Positions 32,934 to 39,830 of a stretch of DNA of 39,830 nt are shown one piece after another. Location: contig JBGPQV010000023.1 in the NCBI GenBank assembly GCA_041489255.1, positions 1 to 39,830 on the forward strand, written 5' to 3'. Numbering within the stretch: the stretch's first letter is position 1; each line of letters opens with the position of its first letter. The DNA comes from Thermoplasmata archaeon. GTDB taxonomy: Archaea > Thermoplasmatota > Thermoplasmata > RBG-16-68-12 > JAFNFQ01. The notes under the pieces were generated by a model. That model did no database searches. It had not been told where the DNA came from and saw only the letters and a list, made by a program, of their open reading frames with translations. A program made the translations under genes and the position numbers.

Positions 32934-35123
32934 ATGCAAACCCGCGGAAAGAACGGAGCGACGGGGATTGTATTCGTGGCGATCGTGGCTGCGGTGCTCG
33001 TGACTGCCGGCATGGTAGGATTGATTCTTCGGCAGAGGAGCAACGGCAGCCTGAACGGGAATCCCGAGTACCAGGGCATCATGAGTTTCCAGCCTGGGAC
33101 CTCGGGCGAGATGACATCGACGCAGGCCGAGGCAACGAGCCTCGACAACGGCATGAGGGGTGAGGCGCGGGCGCAGAGCGTCCCCGCGGTGGCGGGGGAG
33201 CCGAGGCCGGTGCCTGAGAGCGATGTCGAGAAGGTCGAGGCGCCGGGGACTGATGGTGCGGAGGTTCAGCTTCCAGAGACCTCGGACCCGAGTCAGGAGT
33301 CTGACGACCTGTTCGAACAGCCCTCCGTTTCAGACAATGATGCGGTGAAGCAATTCGAAAGCCTGAACCAGAGCATCGGGACGGACAACGCGGCTGACCC
33401 GGTTGCGGGAGTCGGCGGCTGGTTCGACGCTCCGGATGGCGCTCCTTCTCTGAATAATGGGTTCATTCAAGAGGTCACCCCGATCAACAACATCGGCTCG
33501 TCAGGCAGCGACAACTGCACGTGGACCTGGCAGCTGATCGAGCAGAGGGACGCCAACAACGACCAGCACCCCGAGTACCTGCACGTCCACGCGCTCGGCG
33601 TGTGCAGCTCGGACAGGGACGGGGATGGCAACCCGGAGTGGCGGTTGGCGATCGCGCTTGACGTCGAGCTCTGGGACGACGACAGCGACGGGGACATTAG
33701 CGCGCTGAAGGGCTCTGTCGGGATTCACGAGACGATAGACCCGAACGACGACGGCAACGTCGAGGTCGAGGCGTACGGGGCCGGGACCCTGGAGATGCGG
33801 GACAGCAACGAGGACAAGCTGCCGGAGTACTTCGCCCTCAATTACGCGGCGGAGCAGAGCTTCGACTTGAACTTCAACGGGATCAAGGAGTACGTGAGGG
33901 CGATCGCGCTGAAGGGCGTCAACAACGACACCGATAGTGATGGGATCAAGGAGGACGCATACTTCGGCATCGTCTTCTATCACACTTTCGACGTGAGGGA
34001 CGACGGGACGAGGGAATATCAGGGCGTTGCGGGAGTCGAGGCATCGACAGTCGATGCGAACGATGACGGGAACAATGAATCGGCGGTGGTGCACATCGCA
34101 GCCTACGACGCCTACGACAACAACACCGACGGCATGCCTGAGGCCCAGAGGGGCTTCGCGCGGGCGATCGAACTGAAGGACGCGAACAGCAACGGGCATC
34201 CGGAGAGCATCGAGTTCCTGCAGTTCGCCTTCGCAGCACTGGACTGGGACAGCAACGGCGTGCAGCAGTACGGGAAAGCCTACGCCATAGAGGCGTCAGC
34301 GACAGACGCGAGCGACGACGGCAACCCCGAGCTATTGACGGTTCATGCGAGGGGAATAGAAATCCTTGACGCGAACGAGGACAGCAACCCCGAGGCGGTC
34401 AGGGGCGTCGAGGGCTGGATCAACGCGACCGACAGCGACTCGAGCGGGGTCGCGGAGAAGGTCGAGGTATCGCTCGTCGCGGGTGCGGCGCTGGACCTTG
34501 ACAGCGATGGAGTCCCACAGGCCCTCGCGGTCGCGGTGCTGCAGGCTCGCGCGGTCGACATGACCGAGGACGGTCACCCCGAAGAGGCAGTGCTCGAGGT
34601 CGCAGCCTATGCGATGCGCGACGACAACGATGACGGCAACCCGGAGGAGCAGGCGGCGATCTGCGTGAGGGCGAGCGTCGTCGACTCGAACAGCAACGGC
34701 TTCTCCGAGGAGACGAACCTGACGCTCGTCGCGGTGCACACGGTGGACAACAGCTCCGATGGCGTCCCCGAGACTGTCGGCTTCTTCGCCGCGAGGTACC
34801 TCGCGACCGACTCGAACGGCGACGGCAACCCCGAGATGAAGCTGCTGGAGGCTGTCGGTGTCGAGAGGAAGGACGCCGACCAGGACGGGAACTACGAGAG
34901 CAACAAGACGTTCGCGATGAGGATAGAGATGATCGACGCGAACAGCAACGGCATCGCGGAGGTCGTCAACATCGACGCTGCGTACCACGAGATAATCGAC
35001 AGCAACGACGACGGGGTAGTCGACGGTCAGGCGTGGGCCGTGGTGCACTACCACGGCGAGGACACGGACGAGGACGGCCAGATGGAGATCGTGGACTTCT
35101 GGATATGGGTGCACCGCGAGTGA
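32934..35123 (+). CDS. Membrane-anchored acidic protein with 25 DxDxDG-type 21-aa repeats
   Basis: ATG 32934 after AGGTGA; N-terminal TM helix; ~165-aa acidic low-complexity linker; strictly periodic C-terminal region. Confidence 0.88.
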   Translation: MQTRGKNGATGIVFVAIVAAVLVTAGMVGLILRQRSNGSLNGNPEYQGIMSFQPGTSGEMTSTQAEATSLDNGMRGEARAQSVPAVAGEPRPVPESDVEKVEAPGTDGAEVQLPETSDPSQESDDLFEQPSVSDNDAVKQFESLNQSIGTDNAADPVAGVGGWFDAPDGAPSLNNGFIQEVTPINNIGSSGSDNCTWTWQLIEQRDANNDQHPEYLHVHALGVCSSDRDGDGNPEWRLAIALDVELWDDDSDGDISALKGSVGIHETIDPNDDGNVEVEAYGAGTLEMRDSNEDKLPEYFALNYAAEQSFDLNFNGIKEYVRAIALKGVNNDTDSDGIKEDAYFGIVFYHTFDVRDDGTREYQGVAGVEASTVDANDDGNNESAVVHIAAYDAYDNNTDGMPEAQRGFARAIELKDANSNGHPESIEFLQFAFAALDWDSNGVQQYGKAYAIEASATDASDDGNPELLTVHARGIEILDANEDSNPEAVRGVEGWINATDSDSSGVAEKVEVSLVAGAALDLDSDGVPQALAVAVLQARAVDMTEDGHPEEAVLEVAAYAMRDDNDDGNPEEQAAICVRASVVDSNSNGFSEETNLTLVAVHTVDNSSDGVPETVGFFAARYLATDSNGDGNPEMKLLEAVGVERKDADQDGNYESNKTFAMRIEMIDANSNGIAEVVNIDAAYHEIIDSNDDGVVDGQAWAVVHYHGEDTDEDGQMEIVDFWIWVHRE
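33549..35123 (+). repeat. 25 x 63-nt (21-aa) diverged tandem protein repeat
   Basis: Each unit is a 9-aa loop D-x-[DNS]-x-[DN]-G-x-x-E plus 12 aa (11 plus stop in the last). 33549-35123 is 1575 nt, exactly 25 x 63. Confidence 0.93.
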
Positions 35124-35141
35124 AGCGGTGGCCCACCCATC

Positions 35142-35163
35142 TTTTTTTCTCTTTTTTTCTTTT
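35142..35163 (+). terminator. Archaeal poly-T terminator
   Basis: TTTTTTTCTCTTTTTTTCTTTT starting 19 nt after the repeat-protein stop. Confidence 0.75.
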
Positions 35164-35224
35164 CATTGAACAACTGTGGCACCGCCGCAAGATGCGCATG
35201 GAGGGGGCAATCGCGGGACAACCA

Positions 35225-35653
35225 TTATGCGGTGGCGGGTGATTTCCCTTGTCCGGTCACAGGCTTGAACTTGTAACCGTACTGGAGTATTCCTGCCTCG
35301 CCTTCCTGCCCGAGCTTCCTGAATACAGCCTCGACCCGCAATCCTATCTTCACGTCACCGGGCTCGACGTTGATTATCTGCGAGGTCAGCCTGGCCCCCT
35401 CCTTCAGTTCGATCACCGCGAGGACGTAGGGCTTCAGCAGGTCGAAGGAGCTCGGCGCGTCGTAGACGATAGTGTACGAGACAATAGTCCCGATACCGCT
35501 GAGCTTCTGCTTCATCATCTTGCCGACGCTCTTCCTCCCGCACTTGGGGCACACCGCCCTCGGCGGGAAGTCCAAGGTGCCGCAGCTGCCGCACTTCGTT
35601 CCGATGAGGTTGTACCTGCTCGGTATCTCCCGCCAGAACCTTGGCGTGGCCAT
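35225..35653 (-). CDS. DUF35 family Zn-ribbon/OB-fold scaffold of the thiolase-HMGS complex
   Basis: RFWREIPSRYNLIGTKCGSCG..FPPRAVCPKC, GILQYGYKF; directly downstream of the thiolase. Confidence 0.93.
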   Translation of the reverse strand: MATPRFWREIPSRYNLIGTKCGSCGTLDFPPRAVCPKCGRKSVGKMMKQKLSGIGTIVSYTIVYDAPSSFDLLKPYVLAVIELKEGARLTSQIINVEPGDVKIGLRVEAVFRKLGQEGEAGILQYGYKFKPVTGQGKSPATA

Positions 35654-35654
35654 T

Positions 35655-36824
35655 TCATCTCACTCTCCTGAAGATGTGGACGACGGCGGTGGCCCCGGTC
35701 CCGCCGAGCGTGTGAGTCAGCCCGACCTCAGCGTCGGTTACCTGCCTCTTGCCTCCCTCGCCCCTCAGCTGGCGGACGATCTCGATTGCCTGAGCGACGC
35801 CTGTCGCGCCGACCGGCTGCCCTCTCGCCTTTAAGCCGCCAGAGGTGTTGACGGATATCTTCGAATTCAGAGCAGTTTCCCCCTCTTCAGTGGCGGGCCC
35901 GCCCTGACCCTTCTTGACGAACCTCAGGTCCTCGATCGCCATGATCTCAGATATGGTGAAGTTGTCATGCACCTCCGCGACGTCGACATCCGCAGGGGTG
36001 AGACCCGCGCGGTGGAACGCCCTTTTCCCCGCCACAACCGTCGCGTCCATGGTCGTGAGGTCCCTCCTGTCGTGCAGAGCTATCGTGTCGCTCGCTTGCC
36101 CCGAGGCGATGAGCTCGACCGGGGTCTCGCAGAACTTCCTCGCCCTGTCGAGGCTGCACATGACGATGGCGGCAGCGCCGTCGCTCAACGGCGCGCAGTC
36201 AAAGACGCCGAGCGGATCTGCGACCATCCCCGCGTTGAGCACCATCTCCATGGTGATCTCCTTTTGGTACTGCGCCACGGGGTTCAGCGCGCCGTGCCTG
36301 TGGTTCTTCACCGCAACCGCGGCGAGCTGCTCTCTGGTCGTGCCATACTCGTACATGTGCCGTCTGGCCATGATTGCATAGAGAGCGGGGAATGTCGCTC
36401 CGAAGACCGTCTCCCATTCCTGGTCTGCGGTAGCGGACAATATCTCGGCGGCCTTCACCTCGCCCACGTCGGTCATCTTCTCGGCGCCTCCGACCACGAC
36501 AATGTCGTGCAAGCCCGAAGCGATCGCCGCGTACGCCTGCAGAAGCGCTAGAGCCCCACATGCCCCGCCGCCCTCGACCCTGGTCGTCGGCAGATGCGAG
36601 TCCGCCAGCCCGGCATAGTCCGCCACAATCGCGGAGACATGCTCCTGCTCGATGAACTTCCCAGCCGACATGTTTCCGATGTACAGCGCGTCGATGTCCT
36701 CCGCCCTGATGTGAGCGTCCTCTATCGCCTTCAGCCCTGCTTCGATCCCGAGGTCCCTGAACGACCTGTCCCAGAGCTCGCCGAACTGAGTCTCCCCGAC
36801 GCCGATGATAGCGACGCCGCGCAT
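35655..36824 (-). CDS. Acetoacetyl-CoA thiolase (archaeal type)
   Basis: Start ATG 36824 (MRGVAIIGVG); GAEKM, KNH, DGAAA, AEVHDNF, NTSGGLKARGQPVGATG. Several catalytic positions deviate from the usual consensus. Confidence 0.9.
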   Translation of the reverse strand: MRGVAIIGVGETQFGELWDRSFRDLGIEAGLKAIEDAHIRAEDIDALYIGNMSAGKFIEQEHVSAIVADYAGLADSHLPTTRVEGGGACGALALLQAYAAIASGLHDIVVVGGAEKMTDVGEVKAAEILSATADQEWETVFGATFPALYAIMARRHMYEYGTTREQLAAVAVKNHRHGALNPVAQYQKEITMEMVLNAGMVADPLGVFDCAPLSDGAAAIVMCSLDRARKFCETPVELIASGQASDTIALHDRRDLTTMDATVVAGKRAFHRAGLTPADVDVAEVHDNFTISEIMAIEDLRFVKKGQGGPATEEGETALNSKISVNTSGGLKARGQPVGATGVAQAIEIVRQLRGEGGKRQVTDAEVGLTHTLGGTGATAVVHIFRRVR

Positions 36825-36826
36825 CT

Positions 36827-37873
36827 TCAGTCCCCCCTCATGCGTATCTTCCCGCGGAACTTCGCGTAGGTCCCGTAGTCGAGGAACTTCGCGTCCTTCG
36901 TCATCTCCTCGATAGTCTGCGCGCGCTTGAGCTTCTTGATTCCAGACGTGACGGTCATGTCGAAGGCATCGGAGCCCGCGCCGGAGCCGTAGCCGACCAT
37001 GAATATCCTGTCCCCGGGCACGGCCCTGTCGAGGATCGAGCATAGGCCGAGGAGGACGGCTCCCGAGTATGTGTTGCCTATCGACCTCACTAGCATGCCC
37101 GCGTCGAGCTGCTTGTCGTCGAAGCCGAGGGTCCTGCCGACCTTCACGGGGAACTTGCCGTTGGGCTGGTGGAAGACCGCGTAGTTGTAGTCTTCAGGTT
37201 TTGAGCCTGCCTTGTCCATGAGGAGCTTCGCGCAGCTCATGACGTGCTTGAAGTACGCCGGCTCGCCGGTGAACCTCCCGCCGTGACTTGGGTACTGCTG
37301 GCCCTCGCGCCGCCAGAAGTCGGGTGTGTCGGTTGTATAGGAGACGGTTTGATTGATCTCCGCGATGAGGTTCTCCTTGCCTATGAGGAGGGCCGCGCCG
37401 CCGGCGGATGCGCTGAACTCGAGAGCGTCTCCCGGCGCGCCCTGGGAAGTGTCGGAGCCTATCGCCATCCCGTACTTGATCATGTCAGAGAGTGTGAGGC
37501 CCATGCAGGTCTGTATGGCCGCCGTGCCGGCCTTGCACGCGAACTCGAAGTCGGCGGCGGTCATCACGGGCGTGGAGCCTATCGCCTCTGCTACGACGGT
37601 GGCTGTGGGCTTCACCGCGTAGGGGTGGCTTTCCGATCCGACGTAAATCGCCCCGATATCGGTCGGCGCGATGTCCACCTTCTTCAGGCACTCTCTCGCC
37701 GCTTCGACTGAAATCGTGATGACATCCTCGTCCGGCGAGGGGACGCTCTTGGCGTTTATCCCGAGGCTTTTTCCCATCGCCTCGCCGTCGACGCCCCAGA
37801 CGTTCCCTATTTCCTTCGGCGTTATCCGATAGCGCGGCACGTAGCCACCGTAGCTCACAATTCCAGCGACCAT
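36827..37873 (-). CDS. Hydroxymethylglutaryl-CoA synthase
   Basis: Start ATG 37873; [11 protein letters not shown], catalytic [39 protein letters not shown]. Confidence 0.97.
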   Translation of the reverse strand: MVAGIVSYGGYVPRYRITPKEIGNVWGVDGEAMGKSLGINAKSVPSPDEDVITISVEAARECLKKVDIAPTDIGAIYVGSESHPYAVKPTATVVAEAIGSTPVMTAADFEFACKAGTAAIQTCMGLTLSDMIKYGMAIGSDTSQGAPGDALEFSASAGGAALLIGKENLIAEINQTVSYTTDTPDFWRREGQQYPSHGGRFTGEPAYFKHVMSCAKLLMDKAGSKPEDYNYAVFHQPNGKFPVKVGRTLGFDDKQLDAGMLVRSIGNTYSGAVLLGLCSILDRAVPGDRIFMVGYGSGAGSDAFDMTVTSGIKKLKRAQTIEEMTKDAKFLDYGTYAKFRGKIRMRGD

Positions 37874-37874
37874 G

Positions 37875-38552
37875 CTACAACCTCTCGAGTCTCCTGATGA
37901 GTTCGTCAGTGTCAAGCTCGGTCCTCGCGAGCGAGATGCTCGACAGCTCCGCGAGCTTCACGGCTAGAGCGTCGACGTTCTCCGGGCGCACGTAGACCAC
38001 CAGGGCGGGCTTCAGCGGCTGCGCTCTGATCGCGACCATCGGCGACCTGCCGAACGTGACGCCGGTGAATATCAGCGCTCTCTCGCTCGATGTGCCGAAG
38101 ATGCGCAAGTAGTCGGAGGCGTCGAGGGTCGTGATCGCCTTGATGCTGTCTATGACCGTGTAGCCATAGAGCGACTTCGATGGCGGCCCCGAGCGGGTGA
38201 GCAGCCTGCCCGCTATCGTCCTTAGGAAGGTTGACTGCCTCATGCCGGCGGGCAGCTCCCTGATGCTCGGTATGACCTCGGAGAAGGGCTCCTCGAACCG
38301 CCTTGAGAACCTGCGACCGGAGGATTGGTCTATCTCCAGCATCGCCTCGACGAGGCGTTTGATAGTCTTCGAGCCGGGGGAGCTCCTCCTTCCAGACTCG
38401 TAGTCGCTGATCACCGAGGGCGAGACCTTCAGGTGGCGGGCCATGTCCAGCTGGGAGATCTTGAACTCCTCCCGCCATTTCCTGAGGACGCTGCCCGGGT
38501 CGTCGGAGAGGACCACCTCGCCCGCTATCTTCTTCGTCAGCGAGGACTGCAC
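37875..38552 (-). CDS. XRE-HTH transcriptional regulator commonly found upstream of archaeal HMG-CoA synthase
   Basis: [67 protein letters not shown]. Confidence 0.9.
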   Translation of the reverse strand: MQSSLTKKIAGEVVLSDDPGSVLRKWREEFKISQLDMARHLKVSPSVISDYESGRRSSPGSKTIKRLVEAMLEIDQSSGRRFSRRFEEPFSEVIPSIRELPAGMRQSTFLRTIAGRLLTRSGPPSKSLYGYTVIDSIKAITTLDASDYLRIFGTSSERALIFTGVTFGRSPMVAIRAQPLKPALVVYVRPENVDALAVKLAELSSISLARTELDTDELIRRLERL

Positions 38553-38647
38553 GGCAGGCTGACTTGGGCGGTGGTATTTAGCTTTGTCGAATGTGGAATC
38601 GGCAAATGACGAAGCACGCTCTCAGCGGATTCTCGAGGTGTCGGTGG

Positions 38648-39010
38648 CTACATGCGTCTGAGCTGAGGCGATGGCTTCTCCCGCTTAGCGAGTTCTATGA
38701 GCAGCGCCTTGTCTCTCCTGTACTCGGAGGCGTCGTCCATGAGGAACAGCAACTCGAAGAGGGGCAGGAGACCTGTGGCCGCGACCATCCCCAGGCCATA
38801 GAAGAGCATGAAAGACTCGTCCATGTACCAGAGCATGAAGCCCGGCGGCGCGGCGATGAATATCAGCCTCATGGAGACCGCGTAGGTCAGGAAGATCGCG
38901 AGCCAAGTGAATGTGAGGGCGATGGCGTGGCTGAGGATGCGGTGGCGGAGGTGCGACGTGTGAGCTATCCGCTCCATCTCCGTTGTGAACTTCCGTCCCC
39001 TGAACATCAT
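38648..39010 (-). CDS. Small two-TM membrane protein
   Basis: 120 aa with two hydrophobic segments and host-like codon usage. Confidence 0.65.
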   Translation of the reverse strand: MMFRGRKFTTEMERIAHTSHLRHRILSHAIALTFTWLAIFLTYAVSMRLIFIAAPPGFMLWYMDESFMLFYGLGMVAATGLLPLFELLFLMDDASEYRRDKALLIELAKREKPSPQLRRM

Positions 39011-39146
39011 TCGCGGTGTGCCTCTTCGCCCCTTGCGGCAGGGAGCGTGATGTGCATTGTTGGAGGGAGTATTTCTCGATAGCGTTTCTGAACCGTGCGA
39101 ATGACTGCGTTAGGTTTATGTCGGGCTCGGCCTTGCGTGGTCTGTC

Positions 39147-39221
39147 GGGTCTGTGGGGTAGCTTGGTCTATCCTAGGTGGTTCGGGACCACTTGACTCCG
39201 GTTCAAATCCGGACAGACCCA
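39147..39221 (+). tRNA. tRNA-Pro(CGG)
   Basis: Acceptor stem GGGTCTG/CAGACCC, anticodon arm GGTGG-TT-CGG-GA-CCACT (CGG 39183-39185), T-arm TCCGG-TTCAAAT-CCGGA, discriminator A, no encoded CCA. Confidence 0.95.
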
Positions 39222-39433
39222 CTCCTCGATTCTCGGCAGTTGGACGATTGGGACCGCTACACCCTTACTCAGTAACCGCCGGGCCAGACTGCAATGGTGA
39301 ACAGGGTCGTCGAGGCATGCCTTCGTGGACGCAGTCACCGTAACCTACATGGGTGTCCTATCCCGGTCGATTCTCCATCCGCAATCCCTGACCTGAGCCT
39401 GCTCAGGACTCCTTCCTGCTGGGTCTCATACGC

Positions 39434-39595
39434 CTATCGATACCGGACGTATGGGATGCCGAAGATGTTGGACAGGTGGGCGACCCTGAGGTCGTCGTTC
39501 GTGCTATCGTAGTAGCTGATGAGGCCGAGTCCGTCGACGCCGATCGTCACGGACGTGTAATAGCCTACACTGCCCACGATGTCGAGCGTGGAGAG
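39434..39595 (-). pseudogene. Orphan C-terminal fragment of a beta-propeller-type repeat surface protein
   Basis: STLDIVGSVGYYTSVTIGVDGLGLISYYDSTNDDLRVAHLSNIFGIPYVRYR-stop matches the D..G.VG.YTSI.IG.DG...ISYYD.TN.DL.VAH repeat of secreted proteins; the similarity stops abruptly upstream. Confidence 0.6.
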
Positions 39596-39830
39596 GGCGT
39601 ACGGGAACAGCGACGTCAAGAGGGTCCTCGACGAGCTGTTCAGGCTCACCCAGGTCCCCGTGCTCGACCTCGAGACGTCGCAGGCGGTTGACGGCACGGG
39701 CATGCCCACTTCGTCGAAGGTGAACTACGAGAACGACAAGAGGAAGGGGAAGATGGCGGGGTTCGAGCACGTCCTCACGGCCATCGGGACGACCTACAAG
39801 CTGTACTCCTCGGTCATCACGATGGAGAAC
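39579..39830 (+). mobile_element. DDE transposase fragment (IS4/IS5-like), probably 5'-truncated, running off the window
   Basis: Open frame MSSVERAYGNSDVKRVLDELFRLTQVPVLDLETSQAVDGTGMPTSSKVNYENDKRKGK...; AVDGTG matches the first catalytic Asp motif of DDE_Tnp_1-type transposases. Confidence 0.6.

Noticed and set aside
33549-35123. 63-nt periodicity as a CRISPR array or DNA-level tandem repeat
   Set aside because: The period is a multiple of 3, lies in one open frame and is conserved at the amino-acid level with variable codons, so it is a protein repeat.
36825-37043. N-terminal extension of the 462-aa thiolase ORF
   Set aside because: Overlaps HMG-CoA synthase in another frame; the thiolase begins at ATG 36824.
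35225-38552. HTH-HMGS-thiolase-DUF35 cluster as a secondary-metabolite locus
   Set aside because: This is the standard archaeal mevalonate-entry operon; only the thiolase motif changes are flagged.

Overview
GC-rich archaeal chromosomal segment, most consistent with an uncultured Thermoplasmata-type euryarchaeon (inferred from eS1/S3Ae, eL40, an intron-containing tRNA-Met, deoxyhypusine synthase, RPA/RPA-associated pair, the HTH-HMGS-thiolase-DUF35 operon and NosD/PKD/CARDB surface proteins). The backbone is housekeeping: serS, rps3ae, rpl40e, topA, sucCD, ilvE, purC, dys, mevalonate entry genes and two tRNAs. Accessory pieces are interleaved. The two most striking are (i) a CRISPR-less tandem pair of CARF-wHTH (Csa3-like) regulators sharing an intergenic region with a perfect palindrome and a divergent CPxCG microprotein, and (ii) a membrane-anchored protein whose last 524 residues are exactly 25 indel-free 21-aa units, each a DxDxDG-type acidic loop plus a beta-strand-like segment. 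Also present: a two-TM-anchored two-domain arrestin-fold protein, an active/degenerate KaiC-like pair, a HEPN-MNT module with an extra C-terminal domain, a PhaE-like ~29-aa amphipathic repeat protein, a compositionally atypical HEAT-repeat gene, and decayed gene relics at both ends. No CRISPR array, cas core genes or rRNA were seen. All family calls come from motif recognition by eye, not from database searches.
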